A stretch of DNA of 64,000 nucleotides. It comes from Candidatus Kapaibacterium sp. GTDB lineage: Bacteria > Bacteroidota > Ignavibacteria > Kapaibacteriales > UBA2268. The position numbers and the translations under genes were made by a program. This document shows positions 26,286 through 36,992 of the stretch, piece after piece. The notes under the pieces are model-generated. The model saw only the letters and a list, made by a program, of their open reading frames with translations, had not been told where the DNA came from and ran no database searches. The stretch lies in the NCBI GenBank assembly GCA_035445085.1, contig DAOMQA010000006.1, positions 21,540-85,539 of the forward strand, written 5' to 3'. The stretch's first letter is position 1; each line of letters opens with the position of its first letter.

Positions 26286-27561
26286 AATGGCAAAGACAAA
26301 GAGTAATAAAAAGGTATGGGTAGTCTTATCTATCTTGCTGCTTGCTATAATTGCTATAGTTTATTACATTTCAAATAAAAAAAATGATACAATTTCAATA
26401 AATACAGATATAGTAAGTAGGAGGACTATTTCACAAACGGTGTCGGCAATTGGCAAAATTGAAGCTGAGACCGAAGTGAAGATATCTTCACAAACTTCTG
26501 GTGAGGTAATTTACTTAGGCGTTAAAGAAGGTGATACAGTAAAAACTAACCAATTAGTAGCTAGGATTAAACCAGATATAATTGATGCTCAATTGAAGCA
26601 AATGGAAGCTTCAGCGGAAGCCTCTAAAATGGATATTGCTACCCGCGATGCAGATATGACTAGGTTAAAGTCGGAGTTAAGCAGAATAACAGATTTATAT
26701 AAAAAAGAGTTTGCCTCTAAAAGAGAAATGGAAACCGCTCAAGCAGCTTACGACCAAGCCGTATCAGGTTATAAAGCATCTTTAGCTCGCTACCAACAGG
26801 CTTTAGCAATGCTGCAACAAACTAAAAGGGAGCAAGAGCGGACGTCTATTTTTACTCCGATTGGTGGTATTGTTACATCTCTTCCAATAGAATTAGGCGA
26901 AAAGGTAGTAGGAACAGGTATGATGGCAGGTACTGAAATGATGAAAGTATCCGATTTATCTGTAATGAATGCTGTGGTTGAAGTAGATGAAAATGATATT
27001 ACACATGTTTCGGTAGGCGATACCGCAGTGATTGAAGTAGATGCTATTTCATTTAAAAAATACAAAGGAATAGTAATTGAAATAGGGCATTCAGCAATTA
27101 GTTCACAGCAAGGCACACAAGACCAAGTAATAAACTTCAAAGTTAAAGTAAGATTTATTGACTCTGAAGCTAAATTAAGACCAGGTATGAGTTGCAGTGT
27201 TGATATTATTACTGAAACAAAAGTAAATACTATATCAGCACCATTACAAGCTGTAACCGTTAGAGATACTAAATTAGATAGACAACCAGATGTGGATAAT
27301 AGGCACGGTGCTGAAGAAGAAATAAAGCAACCAGTAATGAAAGATAGGCCACAATCTGTTGTATTTTTATTTAAAAATGGCAAAGCAAAAATGCAAAATG
27401 TAGAAACAGGTATCAGCGATAAAGGATATATAGAAATATTATCTGGTTTATCTGATGGTGATAAAATTATTTCTGGTCCTTTTATGGCAATCTCACAACA
27501 ATTAAAAGATGGTGATATGGTTAAAGTAGATACTACTATGAATAAGTTCAATAAAAAGTAA
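26275..27561 (+). CDS. Efflux transporter periplasmic adaptor subunit (HlyD/MacA family)
   Basis: 428 aa with an N-terminal TM anchor, a long coiled-coil region ([41 protein letters not shown]...) and beta-barrel/lipoyl segments typical of membrane fusion proteins. Confidence 0.8.
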   Translation: MNYKMAKTKSNKKVWVVLSILLLAIIAIVYYISNKKNDTISINTDIVSRRTISQTVSAIGKIEAETEVKISSQTSGEVIYLGVKEGDTVKTNQLVARIKPDIIDAQLKQMEASAEASKMDIATRDADMTRLKSELSRITDLYKKEFASKREMETAQAAYDQAVSGYKASLARYQQALAMLQQTKREQERTSIFTPIGGIVTSLPIELGEKVVGTGMMAGTEMMKVSDLSVMNAVVEVDENDITHVSVGDTAVIEVDAISFKKYKGIVIEIGHSAISSQQGTQDQVINFKVKVRFIDSEAKLRPGMSCSVDIITETKVNTISAPLQAVTVRDTKLDRQPDVDNRHGAEEEIKQPVMKDRPQSVVFLFKNGKAKMQNVETGISDKGYIEILSGLSDGDKIISGPFMAISQQLKDGDMVKVDTTMNKFNKK

Positions 27562-27574
27562 TTGGTATTGTATT

Positions 27575-28282
27575 ATGTCTAAAACTATTATTAATATTGA
27601 AAATATTGCGAAAATTTACCAAATGGGGCTGGAAAAGGTATTTGCCTTGCGTAACGTATCTCTAAATATATCAGAAAATGAATATGTAGCTATAATGGGT
27701 CCGTCTGGTTCAGGTAAATCTACATTAATGAATATCTTGGGTTGTTTAGATACGCCTACCTCTGGAATATATCTTTTTGAAGGGGAAGACGTAAGCTCTA
27801 TGGATGACAATGAGTTAGCTGATATTAGAAACAAAAAGATTGGATTTGTGTTTCAAACCTTTAATTTATTACCTAGGGCAAGCTCGCTTAAAAATGTAGA
27901 GTTACCTTTGGTGTATGCTGGAAAGCCTCGCCATGAGAGAAGTGAAATTGCTCGCAATACCCTTATTAATGTTGGCTTAGCAGAAAGAATTGACCACAAA
28001 CCTAATGAGTTGTCTGGTGGACAACGGCAAAGAGTAGCGATAGCTCGTGCCTTAGTTACAAATCCTTCAATTATTTTAGCTGACGAACCTACTGGTAACT
28101 TAGACACCAAAACAGGGGTGGAAATTATGAAATTATTTAGTGATTTGTGGAAAAAAGGTAATACGATTATCTTGGTTACGCACGAAGAGGACATTGCTAT
28201 GAATGCTCATAGAATTATTAGATTACGAGATGGGCTCATTGAGTCTGACCAGCAAAATCCAAACCCAATTTTATATAATTAA
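27575..28282 (+). CDS. ABC transporter ATP-binding protein (MacB/LolD type)
   Basis: Walker A is GPSGSGKST, the signature is [15 protein letters not shown], and Walker B is [11 protein letters not shown]. Confidence 0.9.
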   Translation: MSKTIINIENIAKIYQMGLEKVFALRNVSLNISENEYVAIMGPSGSGKSTLMNILGCLDTPTSGIYLFEGEDVSSMDDNELADIRNKKIGFVFQTFNLLPRASSLKNVELPLVYAGKPRHERSEIARNTLINVGLAERIDHKPNELSGGQRQRVAIARALVTNPSIILADEPTGNLDTKTGVEIMKLFSDLWKKGNTIILVTHEEDIAMNAHRIIRLRDGLIESDQQNPNPILYN

Positions 28283-28285
28283 ATT

Positions 28286-29539
28286 ATGCGATTATCTGAG
28301 ATTAGAGAGGATATATTAATTGCCTTAGATGCTTTAAGGTCTAATAAGATTCGATCTGCATTAGCCTCGTTAGGTGTCGTTATTGGAATTTCAACTGTTA
28401 TTATGATGGGCTGGATACTATCTGGGTTACAATCAGCGATGGACGATACATTTAAGATAATGGGCGTAGATGTTATGTACATAGATAAATGGGATTGGAC
28501 TGGCGGGAAAAATTGGAAAGATGTGCAGTATAGAAAAGATATAACTATGAAGCAAATTAAAGATTTTCGCGAAAATATACATTCGGCAGAACTGACTTTC
28601 CCTTCTACAATGATTTGGGGGCAAAATTTAAAATATAAAGGTGATAACTTTACAGGTATTACTGTTGTAGGAACAACTTACGAACATGGCATTACTCCAG
28701 CAGGGGAAGTAATTTTAGGTCGATATTTCACGCAATTTGAACAAGAAAACAATGTTAATGTAGTTGTACTGGGGCATAAGGTGTATGAAACTCTCTTTCC
28801 TCAAGAAAACCCTATAGGAAAAGAAATAAAAATTAAAGGACATAAGTTTTTAGTATTAGGTGTGATAAAAAAGCAAGGTACTATGATGTTTGATTTTATT
28901 GATAATCAAGTATTTATTCCACTGAAATCGGCTTTGTCTACTTTTGGTAATTTTGAACGTTCTGTTTCTGTAGGAATCAAAGCAGGTAGCCCCGAAAGGT
29001 TAGATTTGGTTAGAGAAGAGGCAAGGGGACTAATGAGGACTATCAGAAACTTGAAGCCATATCAAAGTGATGACTTTTCAATTAATGAAACTAAGGCATT
29101 TGAACAGCAAACCCAACAAATCAAACTTTATGTTTGGGGGGTAGGAATAGGAATGACGATACTTTCCTTTATTGTTGGAATTATTGGTATAATGAATATA
29201 ATGTTTGTTTCTGTTACAGAAAGAACTAAAGAAATAGGTATCAGAAAGGCAATAGGTGCTAAAAAAAGATCGATACTATTCCAATTTATATTTGAAGCTT
29301 CTGTGCTGTCTTTAGTAGGTGCATTTATATCTTTAATCTTTTGCTCCGCTATTGTGTATTCTATTGCTACAATACTACCAAAATTTGTCCCAATGGCATC
29401 TTTCTTGAAGCCTTACTTACCGTTTGAGCTTCTAATTATTGCTTCAATTGTCTCAATAATAGTTGGTGTTGCCGCTGGATTTATTCCTGCCTTAAGAGCG
29501 TCAAACTTAGACCCTATAGAAGCACTTAGGTTTGATTAG
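28286..29539 (+). CDS. ABC transporter permease, FtsX/MacB family
   Basis: 417 aa. An N-terminal TM helix is followed by a large periplasmic domain and then a C-terminal FtsX 4-TM bundle with the conserved TERTKEIGIRKAIGA motif. Confidence 0.85.
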   Translation: MRLSEIREDILIALDALRSNKIRSALASLGVVIGISTVIMMGWILSGLQSAMDDTFKIMGVDVMYIDKWDWTGGKNWKDVQYRKDITMKQIKDFRENIHSAELTFPSTMIWGQNLKYKGDNFTGITVVGTTYEHGITPAGEVILGRYFTQFEQENNVNVVVLGHKVYETLFPQENPIGKEIKIKGHKFLVLGVIKKQGTMMFDFIDNQVFIPLKSALSTFGNFERSVSVGIKAGSPERLDLVREEARGLMRTIRNLKPYQSDDFSINETKAFEQQTQQIKLYVWGVGIGMTILSFIVGIIGIMNIMFVSVTERTKEIGIRKAIGAKKRSILFQFIFEASVLSLVGAFISLIFCSAIVYSIATILPKFVPMASFLKPYLPFELLIIASIVSIIVGVAAGFIPALRASNLDPIEALRFD

Positions 29540-29548
29540 GAGGGAAAA

Positions 29549-30781
29549 ATGAACCTGTCAGAAAGTATTTTTATTGCAATTGAATCATTAAGGTCAAACA
29601 AACTTAGAGCTTTCTTGACCTTACTAAGTATATCAATAGGTGTTTTTGCTATTATTGTGGCTATTTCACTTGTAAAATCAATAAATGGAACAATTGATAA
29701 ACAAATGGAAGTAATGGGCGAAAATACTTATTATATATTCAAAAGTCCTAAACTTCAGTTCGGTCGTGGTAGCTGGAGAAAGTATAGGAATAGAAAAATC
29801 ATTAAATACTCAGACTATTTAGAGTTTAAAAAGCAAATGACAAGTAGCTATGCTATATCAGCATCTACTGACCCATCCATCCAGACAATAAAATTCGATG
29901 ACCTATCAACTAACCCTGATGTTCAAGTTTTGGGGACAGATGAAAATTTTTTTGTAACATCTAATCTAACCGTTTCTAAAGGAAGAACGTTCGTAAATGC
30001 TGATATTAATTTTAATAGGAATTACGCAATAATCGGTAATGATATTGTACAAATACTCTTTCCAACCGTAAACCCAATTGGAAAACATATATCTATAGGT
30101 AAGCAAAAATATGAAGTAATTGGTGTCTTAGAAACAAGAGGGGCTTTGTTAGGACAGAAGCAAGATAATCAAATATTTATCCCTATTTCACAATTTCTTA
30201 AATATCATTCTGACGAAAGAAGTGAGTCACTTTCTTTAATGATAAAAGTTAGCAATTTGGAAGATATGCCCTATTCAATTGATGAAGCTATTGGCATAAT
30301 GCGAAGTATTAGAAATCAGAAACCATGGGAGCTAAATAGCTTTGAATTAGAAACAAATTCATCTATAAAAGATCAATTTGGCTCTATTACTGGATACTTA
30401 TCAATTTTCGGGCTTGCGACTGGTTTTATTGCTCTTATTGCTGCGGGTGTTGGTATAATGAATATTATGTTGGTAACTATCAAAGAACGAACAAGAGAGA
30501 TAGGAGTACGAAAGGCACTGGGAGCTAAGAAAAGTTGGATACTACTTCAATTTTTAATTGAAACTATTACTATTTCTCAAATAGGTGGTATTATTGGTAT
30601 TACTGCTGGTTTTTTTACATCAAGTTTGTTTAGCTTAGCGCTTGGTTTGAATATTATATTTCCATTTGATTGGGTGATAGCTGTAATACTAATTTGTACT
30701 ATAATAGGTATATGTTTCGGTCTTTATCCAGCGATGAAAGCATCAAATTTAGATCCAATCGAAGCTCTTAGATATGAATAA
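29549..30781 (+). CDS. ABC transporter permease, FtsX/MacB family (second copy)
   Basis: 410 aa with the same architecture as the preceding permease; it carries KERTREIGVRKALGA. Confidence 0.85.
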   Translation: MNLSESIFIAIESLRSNKLRAFLTLLSISIGVFAIIVAISLVKSINGTIDKQMEVMGENTYYIFKSPKLQFGRGSWRKYRNRKIIKYSDYLEFKKQMTSSYAISASTDPSIQTIKFDDLSTNPDVQVLGTDENFFVTSNLTVSKGRTFVNADINFNRNYAIIGNDIVQILFPTVNPIGKHISIGKQKYEVIGVLETRGALLGQKQDNQIFIPISQFLKYHSDERSESLSLMIKVSNLEDMPYSIDEAIGIMRSIRNQKPWELNSFELETNSSIKDQFGSITGYLSIFGLATGFIALIAAGVGIMNIMLVTIKERTREIGVRKALGAKKSWILLQFLIETITISQIGGIIGITAGFFTSSLFSLALGLNIIFPFDWVIAVILICTIIGICFGLYPAMKASNLDPIEALRYE

Positions 30782-30850
30782 AATCATTTGAAATATCAAA
30801 TTTCTTATTAAATTGCATTCTTTTCTTTTACAATATTCGGAAGTTTTTCT

Positions 30851-32161
30851 TTGAGTAATAATAAATCATTTATTCGAGCTTGGTATTGGTATGATTGGGC
30901 TGTATCTGCCTTTACTACAACTATAATCACAGTACTGATTGGTCCTTATCTTACTACTATTACAAAAGCAGCATCTATTAACGGTTTTGTTGATGTAATG
31001 GGTATAAAGATATTTGCAGACTCCTTTGTGCCTTACGTAATATCAATATCTGTAATCTTACAAGTATTTTTGCTGCCGTATATCGGTACAATAAGCGATA
31101 AAAGCAACAAAAAAGAGAATTTATTTGCTATAACTGGTTTAGGCGGTGGAATTTTTGCATCTTTGATGTATTTTATTAAAGATGATAATTTCCTATTCGG
31201 TGGTGCTTTGTTGCTAATATCAAATCTACTTTACGGTTGTTCTATGGTTATATATAATTCATATTTGAATGATATATCAGAAGAGCACGAAAGAGATAAA
31301 ATTTCTTCACGTGGCTACGCCTATGGCTATTTGGGCGGTGGCTTGTTATTAGCACTTAATTTAGCATTAATTTCTAATGCGGAATCACTTGGAATATCCA
31401 CAGGGTTTGCCGTCAGAATTTCTTTAGCATCAGCAGGTATTTGGTGGTTTATTTTTGCCTTGATTCCAATACGAAAATTACGAGGACTTGAAGCCCGTCC
31501 TCAAATACCAAGCAATGAAAGTTATTTAACAGCATTTATTAATACTATTAAAGAATTACCCAAGTATCCACAAACCCTTATTTTTTTATTAGCATATATA
31601 TTCTATAACGATGGTATTCAAGCCGTCATTGTAGTTTCTTCTCAATTTGGACAAGAAGCATTAGGGCTTGATATCTCTGTACTAACAACTGTCATTCTAA
31701 TGGTGCAGTTTGTGGCATTTTTAGGCGCTATAATTTTTGAAAAAATTTCAAAAATTACTTCTACTAAAACTTCATTAACAGCAACAATAGTAATTTGGAT
31801 TGTTGCTATATTATATGCCTACTTCTTCTTAAACTCTGAAGGTGGTTTTTATATATTAGGAGCTGTAATAGGCTTGGTTTTAGGTGGGTCGCAAGCATTA
31901 AGTAGATCATTGTTCTCAATATTAATTCCTAAAGGTAAGGAAGGAGAGTTTTATGGTATTTATGAAATCAGTGAGCGTGGCACAAGTTGGATTGGACCAC
32001 TTTTATTTGGTCTTTCCTTACAATTTACCTCGTCATATAAGTTTGCTATACTAAGTTTAGCTATATTATTCGTTATTGGATTATTATTTTTATTGAAAGT
32101 AGATTTTAAAAAAGGTGCTAATGATGTTGGAAATAGTATATCAAATAATATTACGGCGTAG
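30851..32161 (+). CDS. MFS transporter, UMF1 (Atg22-like) family
   Basis: 436 aa. The N-terminal motif is IRAWYWYDWAVSAFTT, characteristic of the UMF1 family. There are 12 predicted TM segments. The start codon appears to be TTG. Confidence 0.65.
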   Translation: MSNNKSFIRAWYWYDWAVSAFTTTIITVLIGPYLTTITKAASINGFVDVMGIKIFADSFVPYVISISVILQVFLLPYIGTISDKSNKKENLFAITGLGGGIFASLMYFIKDDNFLFGGALLLISNLLYGCSMVIYNSYLNDISEEHERDKISSRGYAYGYLGGGLLLALNLALISNAESLGISTGFAVRISLASAGIWWFIFALIPIRKLRGLEARPQIPSNESYLTAFINTIKELPKYPQTLIFLLAYIFYNDGIQAVIVVSSQFGQEALGLDISVLTTVILMVQFVAFLGAIIFEKISKITSTKTSLTATIVIWIVAILYAYFFLNSEGGFYILGAVIGLVLGGSQALSRSLFSILIPKGKEGEFYGIYEISERGTSWIGPLLFGLSLQFTSSYKFAILSLAILFVIGLLFLLKVDFKKGANDVGNSISNNITA

Positions 32162-32163
32162 AC

Positions 32164-33468
32164 TTGAAATTACAACACCATATATCTACTATTTCGTGGA
32201 CGGTAGCAAATAAGCTATTATATGTCATTTATGGCTTTATATTTTTAATTCAAATCTCAATATTAACGCCAAATGACTTTGCTTTGTTTGCATTATTATT
32301 GGCTATAAATACATGGATATTTGTTATTTGCGACTCATTTGCTCTTCAATTAATAGTTCAGTATGGCTTTGATACAAACAAAGAAAAGCAAGCTAATACA
32401 TATGCAATAATTCTTCATATTGCTATATCAATAATATTCTCTATAATTATATATGTTTTGGGCAATCAGCTTGCTTTATTATTTAATGAAAAAAGATTTA
32501 TTGAAGTTAGTGATTTTTTGCCTCTATTAAGTATATTAATGATTCCAAGAACATACTTTAGTAAGTTTATAATTAAAGAACAGCAAATGAAATCATTATT
32601 TTATATTGATTTACTATTCTTCGGAACGTTTACTATATTAATTATATATTTTAAGGTACAATTTAATTACATGAGCTTTAAAGAAGCTGTATATATTTAT
32701 TTCCTTGGGGCTTCACTAAGCTCTATTATGGCATTTGTACTGTCAAAGAAATATATTAAATTAGGATTTGAGGGAGATTTTAATTTTAAAGATATTATAT
32801 ATTTCTCAATACCATATACATTATCAAATACATTAATGGCAATTCCAAGACAATTAGATATTGTCATCCTAAAGTTGTTTTTTGATTTAAAAACTGTGGG
32901 TATTTACCAAGCAGCTCGAAGTATATTTAGGCTCTTTGAAGAAGGCATTAACGCCGCTAATACATTAATATATCCAGCCTTAGTTAAACATTTTAAATCT
33001 GGAAATAGGGAAGAAGCATACCTAATTACTACTAAAGGCATATCATTTGTTTTTATTAGCTTTGTGGCAGTTTCTATAGTCTTGCCGTTAGGAGTATCTA
33101 AGCTATTAATTACATTGTTTCTGAAATCAAGCTATTTAGATTCCATTTATTACTTTAATATTCTACTTATTAGCTCTATATTTTTGCCATTTTTTATAAG
33201 TTACTTTGTATTAACTGCTGCTGATTACCATCGAACTTTATTAAAGAATGTTGGTATTTCAGTAGGAGTATCTTTAGGTGCTTACGTGATAATTGGGTAT
33301 TCTCAAAGTATTGAATTAATACCTTTAGCATATATTAGCTTCTTTGCTACTTTAGCTGTCTTAAACTACAATATCATGAAAAAGGAAATCTTCAAAAGTT
33401 TAAAAATAGCTTTTATTTTTAGAGCTTTTGAAGATAGCTTAAGCTTTATCAGAAAAAAAAGAGGCTAA
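32164..33468 (+). CDS. Polysaccharide-biosynthesis/oligosaccharide flippase-like (MOP superfamily) membrane protein
   Basis: 434 aa, polytopic. The TTG start lies 2 nt after the upstream stop. The composition and TM pattern are Wzx-like. Confidence 0.5.
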   Translation: MKLQHHISTISWTVANKLLYVIYGFIFLIQISILTPNDFALFALLLAINTWIFVICDSFALQLIVQYGFDTNKEKQANTYAIILHIAISIIFSIIIYVLGNQLALLFNEKRFIEVSDFLPLLSILMIPRTYFSKFIIKEQQMKSLFYIDLLFFGTFTILIIYFKVQFNYMSFKEAVYIYFLGASLSSIMAFVLSKKYIKLGFEGDFNFKDIIYFSIPYTLSNTLMAIPRQLDIVILKLFFDLKTVGIYQAARSIFRLFEEGINAANTLIYPALVKHFKSGNREEAYLITTKGISFVFISFVAVSIVLPLGVSKLLITLFLKSSYLDSIYYFNILLISSIFLPFFISYFVLTAADYHRTLLKNVGISVGVSLGAYVIIGYSQSIELIPLAYISFFATLAVLNYNIMKKEIFKSLKIAFIFRAFEDSLSFIRKKRG

Positions 33469-36400
33469 TTCTTACGTAAATTATTAAAATAATTCTTGAT
33501 TAAATTCTCATAATCTTTAGAATATCCTTGTTGATTATTTCTTAGCAAGTCCTTAAATACTTTTTCATTATCAGTATTATTTAAATTCAGCCCAGCAGGA
33601 GAGGGAGCAAAGATATCATTTGCTGTATTTCCTTCTCTTTTCTTTTCAAAATCTCGCTCATTTTCACTTTTCTGTAAATCTAATAATCTAGATAATATCC
33701 TTTCTTGTTTTTTTAGCGATTCTGGACTATTTCCTTTACTTTTAATATCTGACATAACTTCTTTCATCTCTTGAGCAATTTTTTGCAATTCATCAATTTT
33801 CTTTTTATCTCCTCCAAATTGCTTTTGTTCTTTTGCCAATTCCTCTAAGGATTTTTGAGCTGTGCTTTGTTTATCTGCTAATCTACCTTGTTCAGCTTGC
33901 TTTTGTAACTGTTCTTTACCGCCTTGCCCTTGTTGCCCACCGCCCTGCATCATTTTCTGCATAGCTTGATTAACGGCTTGCTGTTCCGAGGCAATTTGTT
34001 GCATTTTTTGAGAGAAACTCATACCATTGCCACTATTTTGAGGATTGCCTTCACCTTCGCCTGAACCACTACCACCCGGATTATTACACGAACCTTGATT
34101 TTGCTGTTTTAGTGCGTCCATCATTTCTTGCATTTGTGATACCATTTTATTCATAGAAGACATAGCTTGAATTTGAGAATTTGATGCACCTCTTGTATTT
34201 CTATCTGCCATATTATCTATAGATTCACGCATTTGCTTTAAAGCATTTGCCATTTCTTGCCCCATTTGAGGTGTTACTGCCATAGATTTTTTTGATAATT
34301 CGTTCATAGCCTTAGCCACATTCATTAAAGACTCAAATGTTTGTGCTTGGTTTTGAGCGTATTGCGGTAATGAAGTAGAATTATAATCCGAACTTTGAGT
34401 TTGGTTTTTGATAAGCTCTTGTTTTTTTGATAATTCTAATAAATCAGATATTGCTTTTTGCATCTTTTGCGCCGATTCCTCATTACTCTGCTTTCTCATA
34501 CTTTCTTTCATTTGCCCCATTTTCTGAGCGAAATTATTTAAATTCTGAGAAGCCTTTTTCTGGCTTTTTTCTGACTTTTTGTTATCACCTTGTTTCATAC
34601 TATTTTGCGAATTCTGCATCTCTTGATTAGTTTCAGGGCTTTTTAGAGCGTCTTTCGCTTGTTCAAATTCTTCTTTTATTTGTTTTTGATCCTTCAAGTC
34701 ATCTAATAGTTTATCTAAATCCTTCATATCCTTTTCTAAACTATTCAACTCATTTTGTAATTTATCCTGCTGTTTAGCTAAATTATTCTGGTTTTCCTTA
34801 TTATTAGCATCACTTTTCTTTGTTTGTTCTGCTAAGTTTTCTTGTTGCTTGGCCAACTGCTCTGCTCTATTTTTTAAACCATCTACTTTTTGTTCTGCCT
34901 GCATTCTTTTTAGCAATTGCATTGTTCTTTCAATATTTTGCCTAAATTGTTCTTCATTGAATTTGAAGTTTTCCATTGCTTTCTTGAGATCTTCTTGATT
35001 CATATTTTTTAAGGCATCTTTCATTTTATCTTGCATTGCTCTTAATTCTGGAGTATCTACTTGCTTCATTAGCTTTTGTAACTCCATATATTTTTCAAGT
35101 GTTTCCTGCGACATTAAGTTGTTTTCTTGAAGATTCTTTGTTGTTTCTTCTAACTTTTGTTGAACGTCGCTTAGTTTTTCTTTCAATTCTTCTTGTTTCT
35201 TAGCTATATCTTGAGCTTTTTTCTTATCCTGCCAATCAGCTTCCTTTTTTAAATTCTTTTCTTTTAGCATTTCACGATTTAGCTCATCAATATCTTTTTT
35301 TACATCTAAGGCTTCTTTTAATATTTTTTCTAAATCTTGATGCACTTTTTCTTGAGCCATATCAGCTTCTTTTTGAACCTCTCTTAAAGAAGGCAATTTT
35401 ACCGATATTGATTGCGTTTTGCTAACCTTAGGACCAGATATTATATCATTATCTGTTATTGCAAGGTAAAATTCATATTTATCATCTGGCATAATGCCTA
35501 TTTTATTCAAATCCCAAATATATGGAATATCTTGGCTTAGCTCTTTTTTATTAATAATAATATCGAATGAAGAATATTTTTCATCAGGGCTTGCATATGG
35601 AGACTCTGTTAATCTATAGTATAATTTTAAATTAGAAAAACCATAATCATCATTAATTTTCGCTTTGATACTTAACAAACCATTAGAGTTAATTTCAACA
35701 TCGCTTGTAGGTTCAATTAAACTGATTTCCGGGTAATTATCATTTTGTGCAATAATTGTATAATTTATCGGATTTTCGTTTGTATAAGCGTCTTTATCTA
35801 TCAATTCAAAGTAGTAAATACCAGTTTGTCTTACTATTAATTCGCCACTAATTTTATTATTATTAATATTCAAAGGAATTCTTAAAGTATCTTGTTGAGT
35901 CTTATTTGTATCTACTTGAATATCTTTTTCAATAAATACTATGCTAGCTTTTTCAATATTTTTATTTGTTAAAAGCTCAAAAGTAGCTTTGCTACCCTTT
36001 AAAGCACTTATATCAGCATTTTGCTCATCAATAAACTTAGGGCTTAACTCTGAGTATGAAGGATAAACTAATCTCCCTGATATTGATTTTATTAAGGGTT
36101 TTTCTATTACTGTTACTTTAGCTGTTTGGGTAGAAATTTTTTCATCAAACCATTCAGAATAAGCAAAAAACTCCATTGTATTTTTAATTGAAGGTATTTC
36201 ATAAATATATTTGCCGTCTAAATTAGCCTTAATTTCGAAAGAGTCAAATTTATCCTGGTTTTGTTCTTTCGTACTTAACCATATTTGCGATGGGCGAGTA
36301 CCCTTTACAATAATTTCAATTCTGAATCTGCTATCACGTGCTAATTCAGCTTGCACAGGGGTTATTTCTAAGCTAAATGGCGCTGGTGGTAAAAAGCTTT

Positions 36401-36983
36401 GATTGAAGTGCATAATTCTATTTAAAGATTCACCTATAGTAGATTTAAAAGCCGTCGTACCAATAAGTAATAAAAAAGAAGGGATTAAGAAAAAAATAAT
36501 TTTCTTTTTGAAGTCATTTTTATCTATTATTACATCAAAATCCTTCTGATATGACTGATTATAATATTCTTCGAAAGCTGCTAAAGCTAAATTAGATGAC
36601 ATTCCGTTTGACTTTTTAGAAATAGGTATAAGTTGCAAAGCATTACCTAAATTGTCATTCATATCGGGGTAAAATTTACCGATTCTTAAAGCTATATCGT
36701 TAATTGTTGGATTATTTTTTATATTAAATAATCTAACTAACGATGGGAAAGCAAAAACTCCAAAGCTAACTACAAAAGAAACAAAAGAAAGCCCTGCGAA
36801 AATTGTTCTTAAAGTGGTGTCGCTATACAGAATGCTTTCTAATAAAACACAAACAAGTAGAACCGATAAGCCAATTCCCAAGCTGATAAGTATGCCATTT
36901 AAGAATAGTAATAGATTTTCTTTTCTTCTAGTTGAGCGTATTTTATTTATTAATTGATTATATAAGGCATCATAATTTTGCAT
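33465..36983 (-). CDS. Large membrane-anchored coiled-coil protein with a Q/K/E-rich low-complexity core (DUF4175-like)
   Basis: 1172 aa. Two N-terminal TM helices are present. A beta-rich middle region follows. Then comes a very long Q/K/E/N-rich coiled-coil and low-complexity stretch (KQQENLAEQTKK, QGGGQQGQGGKEQLQKQAEQ, GGSGSGEGEG). It is adjacent to, and co-oriented with, a DUF4159-like gene. Confidence 0.5.
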   Translation of the reverse strand: MQNYDALYNQLINKIRSTRRKENLLLFLNGILISLGIGLSVLLVCVLLESILYSDTTLRTIFAGLSFVSFVVSFGVFAFPSLVRLFNIKNNPTINDIALRIGKFYPDMNDNLGNALQLIPISKKSNGMSSNLALAAFEEYYNQSYQKDFDVIIDKNDFKKKIIFFLIPSFLLLIGTTAFKSTIGESLNRIMHFNQSFLPPAPFSLEITPVQAELARDSRFRIEIIVKGTRPSQIWLSTKEQNQDKFDSFEIKANLDGKYIYEIPSIKNTMEFFAYSEWFDEKISTQTAKVTVIEKPLIKSISGRLVYPSYSELSPKFIDEQNADISALKGSKATFELLTNKNIEKASIVFIEKDIQVDTNKTQQDTLRIPLNINNNKISGELIVRQTGIYYFELIDKDAYTNENPINYTIIAQNDNYPEISLIEPTSDVEINSNGLLSIKAKINDDYGFSNLKLYYRLTESPYASPDEKYSSFDIIINKKELSQDIPYIWDLNKIGIMPDDKYEFYLAITDNDIISGPKVSKTQSISVKLPSLREVQKEADMAQEKVHQDLEKILKEALDVKKDIDELNREMLKEKNLKKEADWQDKKKAQDIAKKQEELKEKLSDVQQKLEETTKNLQENNLMSQETLEKYMELQKLMKQVDTPELRAMQDKMKDALKNMNQEDLKKAMENFKFNEEQFRQNIERTMQLLKRMQAEQKVDGLKNRAEQLAKQQENLAEQTKKSDANNKENQNNLAKQQDKLQNELNSLEKDMKDLDKLLDDLKDQKQIKEEFEQAKDALKSPETNQEMQNSQNSMKQGDNKKSEKSQKKASQNLNNFAQKMGQMKESMRKQSNEESAQKMQKAISDLLELSKKQELIKNQTQSSDYNSTSLPQYAQNQAQTFESLMNVAKAMNELSKKSMAVTPQMGQEMANALKQMRESIDNMADRNTRGASNSQIQAMSSMNKMVSQMQEMMDALKQQNQGSCNNPGGSGSGEGEGNPQNSGNGMSFSQKMQQIASEQQAVNQAMQKMMQGGGQQGQGGKEQLQKQAEQGRLADKQSTAQKSLEELAKEQKQFGGDKKKIDELQKIAQEMKEVMSDIKSKGNSPESLKKQERILSRLLDLQKSENERDFEKKREGNTANDIFAPSPAGLNLNNTDNEKVFKDLLRNNQQGYSKDYENLIKNYFNNLRKN

Positions 36984-36992
36984 AATTTCCTC

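Noticed and set aside
26790-27551. 253-aa antisense ORF inside the HlyD adaptor gene. Similar antisense or overlapping ORFs lie at 1830-2189, 51615-52073, 52125-52430, 36978-37229 and 37001-37234.
   Set aside because: They lie wholly within, and opposite to, genes with strong family signatures. Their translations are low-complexity (S/C/I-rich). They are the usual artefacts of opposite-strand frames in AT-rich DNA.
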